Sequence record: LR756508.1
Strand: one strand, 5' to 3'
Length of the DNA: 64,000 nt
This document shows, one piece after another, positions 1 through 9,338 of this stretch (its first letter is position 1; every line of letters begins with the position of its first letter). Made by a program: the position numbers and the translations under genes. The notes below the pieces were generated by a model. The model saw nothing but the letters and a program-made list of their open reading frames with translations, ran no database searches and was not told the origin of the DNA.

Positions 1-224
1 AGGAAAGCTGGTCTTGGAAAGTATGTCGAGGAAACCCGTCTACCTGGAGTTCATGGCGTCTCCCAGGGAAGTTCTGCAAGCTCCGATCTATTGGAGTTCA
101 AGAGCTTTCATGTAGCTCGCGGAGTGGAAGTCACTGCAAGCTCAAACTTCTGCTAAGAACGCGAGAAAGATGCTTTGGAGATCTTGGAGCAGAATCTCCT
201 CGCTTTAGCGAGGGGAGACGTCAA
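1..224 (+). mobile_element. Partial non-autonomous IS200/IS605-type element (omegaRNA-like region plus right end), truncated by the window start
   Basis: Ends in GAAT-ctcctcgctttagcgaggggag-acg-TCAA, matching the IS608-type GAAT guide/TCAA cleavage pairing. Closely similar to about 40327-40541. Confidence 0.75.
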
Positions 225-260
225 TGGATAGGATGATTAAATAAAGAAGAGAACAAAAAA

Positions 261-1139
261 GTGTCGCTTACTAATCAAAAGTCTTCGAAGAGTATCCGAG
301 GCCAAAAGTTCGAAAGTTCAACTGGTACTCTTTCAAAAGTCATTTTGAGACTCGGATTTGTTTTTGGCGATCATGGAACTGTTGAATATATGTTTCCTGA
401 TCATCAAGGTTCTGATAAAGTTTATGACGCTAACAAATTCTTCAGAGTTATAGAAAACGGAAGACGGTTCAAAGCCTGGGTCAAATCCAACGAGAAGTCT
501 GCTAAAGAAGAGTTTGAAGAAAACGGCATAAAATACAATCAAAAAGCAAAACAGTTTGATAAAACAAATGTAGGTATCCTGCTTCCTGTGTTTCGTGGAG
601 AAATGAATGTCAGGCGAGGAGTGTTGTGGCATGAAGAGGCAGGAACAGATGTATCCTCTATTTGTGATGTGATGCCATCAATAAAGTCTTTTGTCTTAAA
701 CCAGCTTAAAAAGAAAGGTAGCATGAAGAGCAAAAAAAGAGACCGTTACAAAAAAGACGTCAAAGAAAAGAAAATTAGAGAAATAGTAAGGAGTGAGATT
801 AAAAAGCACTTGAACGAAGCTGATGATGTAGAAAACATTAATAATAAAGTTCATGAGTTTTGGAAAGAACTCACTGTTTTTAATACTAAGATTGCTGAAA
901 ACTATTTTCAAGATATTGCTACCGATTTAGATAAGATGCAGACGACTTGGGATAAATCTGGAAGGGTTAAAAAAGAGTGGATGCAACTCAAACAAGAATT
1001 CAATTCTTTTATCGAGGGTGTTAACCGTTACAAATCATTTTTTAAAGAGACCATGGACAGCCAGTCCATATCAAAGGTAGAAGATACAGAAGATGGATAC
1101 TATCGTGTAGAACGAGGTGGCGACTACCATGAAATGTAG
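261..1139 (+). CDS. Hypothetical protein with an internal copy of the leader motif (VKEKKIREIVRSEIKKHLNE)
   Basis: 292 aa ORF with GTG start; internal motif at nt 759-818. Confidence 0.7.
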   Translation: MSLTNQKSSKSIRGQKFESSTGTLSKVILRLGFVFGDHGTVEYMFPDHQGSDKVYDANKFFRVIENGRRFKAWVKSNEKSAKEEFEENGIKYNQKAKQFDKTNVGILLPVFRGEMNVRRGVLWHEEAGTDVSSICDVMPSIKSFVLNQLKKKGSMKSKKRDRYKKDVKEKKIREIVRSEIKKHLNEADDVENINNKVHEFWKELTVFNTKIAENYFQDIATDLDKMQTTWDKSGRVKKEWMQLKQEFNSFIEGVNRYKSFFKETMDSQSISKVEDTEDGYYRVERGGDYHEM

Positions 1140-1160
1140 TTTAAGACTAACTTAAACCAC

Positions 1161-1180
1161 TACTAAAGTCGACTTTAGTA
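1161..1180. promoter_or_regulatory. Perfect 20-bp palindrome TACTAAAGTCGACTTTAGTA
   Basis: Directly visible, intergenic, 20 nt upstream of the ATG at 1200; function unknown. Confidence 0.45.
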
Positions 1181-1199
1181 ATTCACAGTGAAAGATAAT

Positions 1200-1526
1200 A
1201 TGCAACTTTCCGAAGAAGAGCTTAGAAATATTGTAAGAGAAGAAGCAATTTACGGGGTCAAAGAAAAAGAGATTCTTGACTATTTGGAGGAAGAAATCTT
1301 GTCAATGTATGAGGACTATTCAACCGAGCGAAGCGGTGATCTTCTTCTCGTCAATGACGAAAAAGGAGAAACGTTTGAGATTGCGGTGAAAAAAGCTCTT
1401 GATGTGAACCCAACAGTAGAAGTTCGTTACAGTAAACTGGAAGACTCTAAGTATGCCAGTAGAAAAACGTTCTACCTAAGTCAAGTTGATGAGTTGAAGC
1501 ACACGTTGAAACACCGCCAGTTTTAA
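1200..1526 (+). CDS. Leader-bearing small protein (MQLSEEELRNIVREE)
   Basis: ORF 1188-1526; ATG at 1200 preferred because it starts the shared motif. Confidence 0.75.
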   Translation: MQLSEEELRNIVREEAIYGVKEKEILDYLEEEILSMYEDYSTERSGDLLLVNDEKGETFEIAVKKALDVNPTVEVRYSKLEDSKYASRKTFYLSQVDELKHTLKHRQF

Positions 1527-1558
1527 GCATTTAAAACTTTTTCTAAAAGAGATATCAC

Positions 1559-1828
1559 ATGAGGCTGAATAAAGAAATTATTAGGGGAGTAGTTGAGGAA
1601 GAACTTGCTGAAGTTAAACTTAGAAAGAAAGTAAGAGAGAAAGCTAAAGATATAATCAAGGAAAAAGAAAGAAGAAAAGCTGCTTCTCAGGCTCTTAATG
1701 GGATCCAGTCTAAAATCAAAGAGCAGAAGAAGAATATTCCAGATGAGTTTAAAGACTCTCTTGGTTCAGAACTTGATAAATTGAGTGAGAAAATTCAACA
1801 GTTGATGGGAGACTATAACCTAGAATAA
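1559..1828 (+). CDS. Leader-bearing small coiled-coil protein (MRLNKEIIRGVVEEELAE)
   Basis: 89 aa ORF with a variant of the shared motif. Confidence 0.7.
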   Translation: MRLNKEIIRGVVEEELAEVKLRKKVREKAKDIIKEKERRKAASQALNGIQSKIKEQKKNIPDEFKDSLGSELDKLSEKIQQLMGDYNLE

Positions 1829-1838
1829 AAAGAGTTAA

Positions 1839-3252
1839 TGAATGTCCAATAAATCCTGCGGCTTTAGCCGCAGGATGAATTGAACCACTTCTACATACAA
1901 CTAAGTTTTGTTTTTAGAATTTTCTTTTAAATCACATGAAACTGACGAAAACGTTGAAATTTAAGCTTGAAGACCTTTCAGGCCACGACAGGTACATTTT
2001 GAGTCAAACCCAGCTTCAGTTTCGGAAGTCCGTCAATTTCTATCTTCATCAAGTTGGAAATAGAGGTTCGACAAACGTAACTGATTACAAAGATGAGTAC
2101 GAGAAAGCGAGAGACATATTTCAACTAAATTCAGCTTTGATTCAGCAGTCGAAAAGGTTTGCGATAAACCAGTACAAGTCTTACAAGAACAACGAAAATA
2201 ATAAGAGCTTTCCACATTTTGAGTCTTTCGTTGACGTTCGGTATGATAACAGAACAATAACTTTCAAAGAAGAAAACGAAGAAACTTACGAGTTAAAAGT
2301 CACATTAGCTACAACCCAGAGCCGAGTTGAGGCCACGCTTCAAGGAGGCGAGTACTGTTTCGAGGAGTTTCAAGCTGGAGACTTTCAAGATGCTAGACTT
2401 TTTCGACAGGGTGGGGAATATTATCTGAACGTTCATATTCAAAGAGAAGCCGAAATTTCGAGAGCCAAAGAGTCTGAGTTCTACATCGGAATCGATCTTG
2501 GAGTTAACAACTTGGCGACGATTGCAGTTCAAAACAGGGATGGCGAGGTCGTTGAAACCAGGTTCTTCGACGGGTCTTATGTAAGCGAGAAGAAACGAAG
2601 ATTCAACGCCAAGCGCCGAGAATACATGCGAAAAGGTTTGTGGTCGAAGCTTCAAGAGACTCGCGGAAAGGAGAAGCGTTTTATCAAGGATGTTAACCAC
2701 AAAATCTCGAAATACGTCAAAGACTTATGCGAAAAATATGAAGACTCGACGGTTGTCATGGAGAACCTTGATGGCATTCGCAAGAGCATGAACTTTAGTT
2801 CTAAACAGAACAGAAGACTACACAACTGGAGCTTCGCGCAGCTTCAAGAGTTCATAATTTACAAAGCTCACGAAGCTGGAAGCTCCTACCGCAGAGTTCC
2901 ACCATTCAACACTTCTCAAGTTTGTGGGAGTTGCTTCAACTCCATTGATCGAAGTTCGAGAAACAAAGTTGTTGGAACTTGTGAAACCTGCAAGAAAGAG
3001 GTGTTGAACGTGGATCTCAACGCAGCAGTGAATATAATTCAACGTTTGTGGTATTACATAACTCGTGATTCTCACGAGAGCACTATACCAGAAACTGAGC
3101 TACGTGAATTTAGCTCGGAGGACTTGGAACCCACGTCCCATCAAGGAAGCGCCGACGGCAAAGCCGACACCGCTGCGGTTGATGCTACGCATCAACTCGT
3201 GTCGTCATTGAGTTTGAGCTTGCCTTGAAGCCTCCGTCTGGGGGTCATTCAC
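1839..3252 (+). mobile_element. IS200/IS605-family element carrying tnpB only (copy 1)
   Basis: Left end TTAA|tgaatgtccaat-AAAT-cctgcggctttagccgcagg hairpin; right end GAAG-cctccgtctggggg-tcat-TCAC; no tnpA. Confidence 0.85.
1936..3228 (+). CDS. tnpB: RNA-guided endonuclease TnpB
   Basis: RuvC-I YIGIDLGVNNLA, RuvC-II VVMENL, Zn finger CGSC..CETC, RuvC-III VDLNAAVNI; all catalytic residues are present. Confidence 0.93.
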   Translation: MKLTKTLKFKLEDLSGHDRYILSQTQLQFRKSVNFYLHQVGNRGSTNVTDYKDEYEKARDIFQLNSALIQQSKRFAINQYKSYKNNENNKSFPHFESFVDVRYDNRTITFKEENEETYELKVTLATTQSRVEATLQGGEYCFEEFQAGDFQDARLFRQGGEYYLNVHIQREAEISRAKESEFYIGIDLGVNNLATIAVQNRDGEVVETRFFDGSYVSEKKRRFNAKRREYMRKGLWSKLQETRGKEKRFIKDVNHKISKYVKDLCEKYEDSTVVMENLDGIRKSMNFSSKQNRRLHNWSFAQLQEFIIYKAHEAGSSYRRVPPFNTSQVCGSCFNSIDRSSRNKVVGTCETCKKEVLNVDLNAAVNIIQRLWYYITRDSHESTIPETELREFSSEDLEPTSHQGSADGKADTAAVDATHQLVSSLSLSLP

Positions 3253-3253
3253 A

Positions 3254-3634
3254 ATGAAAATAAAAGAAAAGAAGTTGAGGAAAATTATCAATGAAGAAAT
3301 TCATGCTGTTTTAGAGAATAGTAATGACTGTTACTGGCGGAGCATTTCAAAAGACACTTCTGATAGTTCTTCAAATACCCTGACCGTAAAAGCAGAGCGT
3401 ATTGATATTCTTGAAGACGTCCTAAAAAGAGATGATTTGAACTCTTTGCTTGAAAAAATAAAAGCTGGAAAGAGAGGCGCTTACTATCGGGTTGAATTAA
3501 CAGAAGAAGAATCCGAAAAGATTGCAAGTGCAATCAAAAGTTACTTGGATTACGATTTTGCTAATTTGAGTTATGCAGACCAGAGGGCACTGGAATCTAT
3601 CTTAAACAATTTGCCGTATTTGATGCGATACTAA
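3254..3634 (+). CDS. Leader-bearing small protein (MKIKEKKLRKIINEEIHAVLE)
   Basis: 126 aa ORF with the shared N-terminal motif. Confidence 0.78.
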   Translation: MKIKEKKLRKIINEEIHAVLENSNDCYWRSISKDTSDSSSNTLTVKAERIDILEDVLKRDDLNSLLEKIKAGKRGAYYRVELTEEESEKIASAIKSYLDYDFANLSYADQRALESILNNLPYLMRY

Positions 3635-3654
3635 AACTTAAAGACAGAAAAAAT

Positions 3655-3951
3655 ATGAGATTAACTGAAAGACGTCTGAAAAAAATTGTAAAAGAAGAAA
3701 TAGATAAAGTTCTTCAAGAGGGAAGTTTTAGCGAAGTAGAAGTAGCTCTTACTGCTCCAACTGAAGCCGATTATGAATTGGAGCGAGTTGAGCGCGGATA
3801 CACAATACATGAAGCGTTTCATCACCTTAAAAAATGGGCAGAGGATAATGGTTATTCAGTTGAGTTGACTGGCGATGGAACTTCCGTCTGGGATTATACT
3901 TTTAGTAAAAATGGATCTGAGCAGTTTCTCACGGTTCTTCACGGAAGGTAA
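3655..3951 (+). CDS. Leader-bearing small protein (MRLTERRLKKIVKEEIDKVLQE)
   Basis: 98 aa ORF with the shared motif. Confidence 0.78.
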   Translation: MRLTERRLKKIVKEEIDKVLQEGSFSEVEVALTAPTEADYELERVERGYTIHEAFHHLKKWAEDNGYSVELTGDGTSVWDYTFSKNGSEQFLTVLHGR

Positions 3952-3968
3952 ATTAAAGAGACTATAGT

Positions 3969-4265
3969 ATGGGTAATTCTATTCGAAAAGTTGTTAGGGA
4001 AGAAATCAAAAAAATGTTAAATGAACAAGAGCAAGACCTACCAGATTCAGTAGAGAGTTTTATCGGAACGTTTTCTGGTCTAGAAGTCAATGACGTTAAT
4101 ACTTATAATTTACTTCAATCTGGAAGCTCCAAAAATCTCTACGAGATTTATGTGGAGCCTGGAAGCCAGCTTGAGGTTCCAGTAAAAGATATTAAGGGAA
4201 TTTTTGAAATCGAGAAAGTAGCAAAGTATGGAGGTGAATTTTATATCTCCTTCTGGGGGCCTTAA
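3969..4265 (+). CDS. Leader-bearing small protein (MGNSIRKVVREEIKKMLNE)
   Basis: 98 aa ORF with the shared motif. Confidence 0.78.
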   Translation: MGNSIRKVVREEIKKMLNEQEQDLPDSVESFIGTFSGLEVNDVNTYNLLQSGSSKNLYEIYVEPGSQLEVPVKDIKGIFEIEKVAKYGGEFYISFWGP

Positions 4266-4290
4266 TAATTAAAAAGGTGTATGACATCGA

Positions 4291-4743
4291 ATGAAACTTA
4301 CCCAGACAAAACTCCAGAAATTAATTAAAGAAGAACTGAAAGAAGTTTTCAGTTCAGGAGAGAGGAAAAGCGTAGTCAAAAAACTGATCTCTTTTCTTAA
4401 ATCGGGTGGCCTTCAAGTAAGCACTTCACGTCATTCTCGTGGCCTTTTTGAGGTTGGGCCGAGTGGGTTTCGGGTCGTAATTGAAGACCTAAAAGACGGG
4501 ACGAATAGGTCGGAAACTGGAGTTGTAGCCAAGTTTCCATCGCTTCAAAGTCGCATGGGGAAAGAGAAAAGAACAATTTGGGCTGGCGATTTAAAGACTT
4601 TAGCCAAGAAAATAAAAAAATATTATAATGAGTTCAAGTCTGAGCACGAGGTGAGTGATAATCAATTTGAGGATTGGATTGATGTTCAAGTTCAGCAGTC
4701 CTCAGGAACTGTAAGAAAACCGGTTAACAAACAGAGCCTTTAA
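4291..4743 (+). CDS. Leader-bearing protein (MKLTQTKLQKLIKEELKE)
   Basis: 150 aa ORF with the shared motif. Confidence 0.78.
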   Translation: MKLTQTKLQKLIKEELKEVFSSGERKSVVKKLISFLKSGGLQVSTSRHSRGLFEVGPSGFRVVIEDLKDGTNRSETGVVAKFPSLQSRMGKEKRTIWAGDLKTLAKKIKKYYNEFKSEHEVSDNQFEDWIDVQVQQSSGTVRKPVNKQSL

Positions 4744-4856
4744 ATCGTAGTTGGTTTCAGGCTGGGATAAAACAACGAGTGATTTTTCAGCTTAAACTTC
4801 GAGTGGAGATAGATATATATTTTCGAGCTAAAAAAATAAAAATTAAGAAACCTATT

Positions 4857-5108
4857 ATGAAAATTTCTGAAAAGAAGCTAAGAGATATTGTAAGAGAAGA
4901 GATTCGGAACGTTGTAGGTGAAGATAGCGAAAAAAAACGCGTCGATGAACTAAACTCATTTCGAGAAGATAGGATGAGAGCATATCTTCAGAAAAATCCC
5001 GATATGTCTGAAAAGTTCCAGAGTAGTGGAATGGATATGAAAACGTTCTGGGACGTTCACGTTCATGGCAATGCTCGGAGAGAGCGCGAGTATAGTCACG
5101 CACTTTAA
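4857..5108 (+). CDS. Leader-bearing small protein (MKISEKKLRDIVREEIRNVVGE)
   Basis: Internal ATG at 4857 of ORF 4779-5108 begins the shared motif. Confidence 0.75.
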   Translation: MKISEKKLRDIVREEIRNVVGEDSEKKRVDELNSFREDRMRAYLQKNPDMSEKFQSSGMDMKTFWDVHVHGNARREREYSHAL

Positions 5109-5160
5109 GAGTCTTTGTATCTTCATTTTCTTTATAACTTAAAAAAATAACACTAATACT

Positions 5161-5451
5161 GTGTCTGAAATTGATTCTAAGGAAGAGTTTGAGCAGGAGA
5201 TTGAATCCGAAAAAATTCTTATCGACTATTATGCTCCATGGTGTTCGCCTTGCAGGCAGATGGAGCCTGTCGTTGAAGATTTGTCCGAAGATAAAAACGT
5301 AAAGAAAGTAAATATTGATGAACTTCCAGGTGTGGCTGAGAGCCAGGGGGTAATGGCATTACCAACTTTTGCAGTTTATGAAAATGGAGAAGAAGTTGAT
5401 CGAAAAACTGGCGCTATAAGCAAGACGAAAATTGAGAGTTTGTACGAATAG
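5161..5451 (+). CDS. trxA: Thioredoxin
   Basis: LIDYYAPWCSPCRQMEP (WCxxC), then VNIDE..GVMALPTF cis-Pro motif. Confidence 0.9.
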   Translation: MSEIDSKEEFEQEIESEKILIDYYAPWCSPCRQMEPVVEDLSEDKNVKKVNIDELPGVAESQGVMALPTFAVYENGEEVDRKTGAISKTKIESLYE

Positions 5452-5463
5452 TTCAGAACTATA

Positions 5464-5871
5464 GTGGACGATAACCAAAGGCTTCATAAAATTATAATAC
5501 AAGAGGCTCGCAAGCTTCTAGAAAAAAGAGATAAAAATCTCAAATCAATAGCTTATGATTTGGCAGAAGAGATGGGGCTTCGGAAAGCTTACTATGGGGC
5601 CATGAAAACTTTTGATGGAACGGTCGGAGATGTTGAAGTTTCAATTGAGTATCATGGCTCCGGAGACAGTCTAACAGTTTATGGTTCTCCAAAGAGTGAG
5701 CTTCCATCAGACGATAATACAGTTCGTTTAATGTTCAAGTCTAAAGGAGAGTATAAAGCTAATCTAAAAGACGGAAAAGACCTGGGCAGCTTCAGTTATT
5801 CATCTCCATCGAATTTGAAAAATAAATTGAAAGATCTTGTAAACCAGAACACAAGAATACTGCCAGAATGA
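5464..5871 (+). CDS. Leader-bearing protein (QRLHKIIIQEARKLLE)
   Basis: 135 aa ORF with a variant of the motif. Confidence 0.7.
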   Translation: MDDNQRLHKIIIQEARKLLEKRDKNLKSIAYDLAEEMGLRKAYYGAMKTFDGTVGDVEVSIEYHGSGDSLTVYGSPKSELPSDDNTVRLMFKSKGEYKANLKDGKDLGSFSYSSPSNLKNKLKDLVNQNTRILPE

Positions 5872-5923
5872 AGATGATTTTTTAGCCTTTTCAATTATTT
5901 TTTTTTTTAGATGAGCAATCAAA

Positions 5924-6676
5924 GTGAGCGTAAGATTTAAACAGCTACTTTTTGAGGTATCTTCGGCAAATGTAGTAGCTACCTCTCTAAAAAAAGAGTT
6001 GACTCCCCATCTATTTCCAAAACGCTCATATGAGATGGACGCACTGAGTGAGATGGAGGATTTTGACTATGAGGATTATGTTGATTTCATGTGGAAAGAT
6101 ATAATTGATATAGGAAGTAGATCTATAAAACTTAGAATTAGAAATTACAGCAGACTGCCAGAATTTGAGAGTTTAAAAGGAAGGTCAGATAGAAAATACA
6201 AGGAGACTGCAGTAGGTTACTTCAATGATATAGTAAAAGAAAATGGCTGGCATGTAAGTAGCGTAAATAAAAGAAAAGAATTAAAAGTAGTCTTTCGTAA
6301 AAATGAGGGGGAGCGAGTTGAGGTTGAAGGTCCTCTATATCATGTGACTTACAAAGATGCAGTTGATAAAATCCTGCAGAACGGTTTGAAGCCGAAAGAA
6401 GGAAAAAATACGTCTTTTCTCTATCCAGAGCGAATTTACCTATTTACCGAGTACAACGAGAGTTTGTTTGAGAGATTTGTTATTGAGAAGTCAAATACAA
6501 ATGTTTCTCCCCAAAAAAGAATGGCAGGTGGAATAGCGAAACCACCTTATTCCATCCTTAAAGTCGAGGATGTTAAAGACTACACGTTTTATAAGGATAA
6601 CGACATAAAAAACTCGGTGTGGACAAATCAAAGCATTCCGGATAACAAAATAGAGCACTTAAAGACGAAAGATTAA
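5924..6676 (+). CDS. ADP-ribosyltransferase-fold (Tpt1/KptA/DarT-like HxT) protein with short leader
   Basis: LYHVTYKDAVDKILQNGLKP..RIYLF motif; N-terminus MSVRFKQLLFE. Confidence 0.65.
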   Translation: MSVRFKQLLFEVSSANVVATSLKKELTPHLFPKRSYEMDALSEMEDFDYEDYVDFMWKDIIDIGSRSIKLRIRNYSRLPEFESLKGRSDRKYKETAVGYFNDIVKENGWHVSSVNKRKELKVVFRKNEGERVEVEGPLYHVTYKDAVDKILQNGLKPKEGKNTSFLYPERIYLFTEYNESLFERFVIEKSNTNVSPQKRMAGGIAKPPYSILKVEDVKDYTFYKDNDIKNSVWTNQSIPDNKIEHLKTKD

Positions 6677-7404
6677 TGTATAGACTAACGAAGATCCTGA
6701 GAGAAGAGGTAGCTCCAGCCGAAATCGAAGAGCTTGACGGTATTGGTGAGGTAAAGTCTTACCTGAATGAGCTGAATATAGAATACGACACCGAAAACGT
6801 GAATCAAAGTGAGGTAATGGTTGTTGGAGATCCGAAAAAATATATCGTAGAGTTTGATGGAAAGTTTCCCGTCGTTTCGGAGATTGAACGGTTTCTAAAA
6901 GAAAAAAGTCGACCAGGAGATTTCTACGAGTTCACAGGCGTAGATTTTAGAGAATATTACACTAATTTATTCTGGGATAACGTCGGAAAAATTTCCGAGT
7001 TCAATGAACTTTACCACGCTACTAAGGAACAACATGCAGATAGTATTCTGAAAAACGGGTTAGAAGCCAGAAAAGAATCGCGCATTCCGATGAGCAGAAT
7101 TCATCGGCCCGCAGTCTTCACAGTCAAGGACCTCGGGTATCTCGCCGATGAGACGTATGGCTCGGCGGTGATAGTAATTGATACGATGAAAATGAAAAAA
7201 GATAGCTTTACTCCAGATGTTGGAAGAGAAAAAGATTTTGAAAGAAAAGATATGGCAGCCTACCTAATTGATGAGTTAAACCTATATATTCCTGTTGAGC
7301 AGATAGTTCAGGCAGGAAAGAGAGGAACTGGAAGCTGGCGAGGCACAGTTGCTATCTATTCTGACGTCCCGCCTAAATATATTACTCAATTTGATGGAAG
7401 TTGA
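6676..7404 (+). CDS. ADP-ribosyltransferase-fold (HxT) protein with short leader
   Basis: LYHATKEQHADSILKNGLEAR..AVFTV..YGSAVIVID; N-terminus MYRLTKILREE. Confidence 0.65.
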   Translation: MYRLTKILREEVAPAEIEELDGIGEVKSYLNELNIEYDTENVNQSEVMVVGDPKKYIVEFDGKFPVVSEIERFLKEKSRPGDFYEFTGVDFREYYTNLFWDNVGKISEFNELYHATKEQHADSILKNGLEARKESRIPMSRIHRPAVFTVKDLGYLADETYGSAVIVIDTMKMKKDSFTPDVGREKDFERKDMAAYLIDELNLYIPVEQIVQAGKRGTGSWRGTVAIYSDVPPKYITQFDGS

Positions 7405-7442
7405 GTCTCACAAAATACTCTAAAGAAACTTAAAGACACAAG

Positions 7443-8267
7443 ATGGAAAACGCAAAGCATTATACTAGGATCGTTCAAAAGTTAAGAAGTTTTTTCTTAG
7501 AAAGAGATTTTGTTGAAGTTCCTGTCCAGTCGCAGGTAAAAATATTATCAGCCTGCGATGATCCAGAGACAATTATGACGACAGAGCTTGGTAGAAACAA
7601 GTGGCCACTACCTCAAACAGGTCAAATGCATCTTGAAGATTATTTTCTTAGCTATCCTGAAGAGGAGGGGTTTTTCTGTATCACTACGTCTTATAGAGAT
7701 GAACCGAACCCGATAGATGGTTGGCACGATAAGATTTTCCCTATTTTTGAGTTTGAAACTCATGGAAATATGGGAGATTTGATTGAGCTTGAATTCGAGC
7801 TAATGGATTACTTAGGTTTTAATGCTGAACCAAAAACAGTCGATTATGAGGACCTCTGCAAGATGTATGACACGAATTTGATTGGACCAGAGCACGAAAA
7901 AGAAATTCCGTATGCATTCTCTAATGTAGCGGCGATAAAGAATTTTCCTACTCGGTCTCATCCGTTTTTTAACGTTCGAAGAAAACCATTAGACTCTAAC
8001 AATTACAAAAAAGTTGACTTAATTTTACGTGGGAGAGAAACTATTGGATCAGCAGAAAGAGCAGTTAACGTCGAGCAGATGAGAGGAGATTTTTCTAAAT
8101 TTAAAGATGGGAAGTATGAACAATTTCTTACCAGAGAGTTTGGTGAACTGCGTGTGATGGAGGAACTCGAAAATTATCTTTCACACGACTTCATTGAGAG
8201 ATGCAGTGGAAGCATTGGAATAACAAGACTTCAACAAGGACTCATAGAAGAGGGAACTCTTGGGTAA
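7443..8267 (+). CDS. Class IIb aminoacyl-tRNA-synthetase-like stand-alone catalytic domain (AsnA2/EpmA-like)
   Basis: LPQTGQMHLE, motif 2 SYRDE..H..F..FEFE, KVDLILRGRETIGSAER, motif 3 GSIGITRL; no anticodon-binding domain. Confidence 0.75.
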   Translation: MENAKHYTRIVQKLRSFFLERDFVEVPVQSQVKILSACDDPETIMTTELGRNKWPLPQTGQMHLEDYFLSYPEEEGFFCITTSYRDEPNPIDGWHDKIFPIFEFETHGNMGDLIELEFELMDYLGFNAEPKTVDYEDLCKMYDTNLIGPEHEKEIPYAFSNVAAIKNFPTRSHPFFNVRRKPLDSNNYKKVDLILRGRETIGSAERAVNVEQMRGDFSKFKDGKYEQFLTREFGELRVMEELENYLSHDFIERCSGSIGITRLQQGLIEEGTLG

Positions 8268-8331
8268 GATTTAGTTTTTATATTTAAACTTGTAACCCAT
8301 CAAAATAACCAATAACTAAATTTTAAATATC

Positions 8332-8742
8332 ATGAGACTTTCAGAAAGAAAATTGCGAAGAATTGTTAAAGAAGAAATAAGCAGAGTTCTTAGAGAAGAT
8401 ATTGATACATCAATTCGCGCTGATGAGCCGTACGGTGTTGATGCTAAAGGAGGATATACCGTGTCCGTTACTGGAGGACCGGAAGCCGGTCGCTTGTATC
8501 TTGAAGTTGGACGGGGTAAGGTAGAAGATAAAGTAGAGCTTAGTGATACGGATGCTCTTAAACTCTCTACTGAGATTGAACGTATAGTTGGTGGTAGCGC
8601 TGGTGATCACAGAACCGTTAATGGCATTGAACTAGAAAGGAGCAGAGATGGCGTCTTCTTGCACCTTCCTAATGCTAGTGTATCTATGGATGTTTCTGCT
8701 GCGAAAAGACTTGCTGACCTCCTACATTCAAAGGCTGCCTAA
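8332..8742 (+). CDS. Leader-bearing protein (MRLSERKLRRIVKEEISRVLRE)
   Basis: 136 aa ORF with the shared motif. Confidence 0.8.
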   Translation: MRLSERKLRRIVKEEISRVLREDIDTSIRADEPYGVDAKGGYTVSVTGGPEAGRLYLEVGRGKVEDKVELSDTDALKLSTEIERIVGGSAGDHRTVNGIELERSRDGVFLHLPNASVSMDVSAAKRLADLLHSKAA

Positions 8743-8806
8743 AACACTTAAAAAAAAAAAAAAGACGAAAAACTAAATAAACTTTAAGATAAAAAAATGA
8801 AACACC

Positions 8807-9316
8807 ATGACTCTATCCGAAAGAAAGTTAAGAAGGATAGTCAAAGAGGAAATCAACAGAGTTTTAATGGAAGGCTGGGAAGATGAAACTGATAACCGTA
8901 GAGCAATAGGTTCAAAAGATACAGGGTCAGCAGTTACAGACAGGGAAGCGTATGATATTTCTAGGCAGTTTAGTTCTGCTTTCAATAAGCTAGATACGCT
9001 GCTGTATGATAAAAATAATAGACATTACGTAAAATCGAGCTCCGAACTAAAGAGAATGAAAAGTAAGATTCTCCGGGTTGCTAAGAAAGTTATTAATGGA
9101 GCGGAGAGTGCTCTTCGTGATGTGAAAAAGGCTGACGAAGGCCACTACCAGACGGAAGAAATCCGCGGAATGTTAGAAAAAATTATTGACAAAACCACGG
9201 ATTTGACTGGTTCACTTAAAGACAAATCTGGCGGTGATCCTCACGAAGCTGCAAGAGCAGTGCGGGCTAGCCATCAACACTACGACGAAATGAGCGGACC
9301 CGAATACTATAAATAA
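8807..9316 (+). CDS. Leader-bearing protein (MTLSERKLRRIVKEEINRVLME)
   Basis: 169 aa ORF with the shared motif. Confidence 0.8.
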   Translation: MTLSERKLRRIVKEEINRVLMEGWEDETDNRRAIGSKDTGSAVTDREAYDISRQFSSAFNKLDTLLYDKNNRHYVKSSSELKRMKSKILRVAKKVINGAESALRDVKKADEGHYQTEEIRGMLEKIIDKTTDLTGSLKDKSGGDPHEAARAVRASHQHYDEMSGPEYYK

Positions 9317-9338
9317 TTACGATAAGTGATGGGTCTGT

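Noticed and set aside
1936-1968. TnpB N-termini (MKLTKTLKFKL / MRLTKTLKFKL) as members of the leader family
   Set aside because: Only the first four residues match. They lack the IxxEE/LxE part and fit the usual TnpB first beta-strand.
8749-8764. Long A homopolymer as a phase-variable switch
   Set aside because: It is intergenic with no linked promoter evidence, and homopolymer length may be a sequencing artefact.
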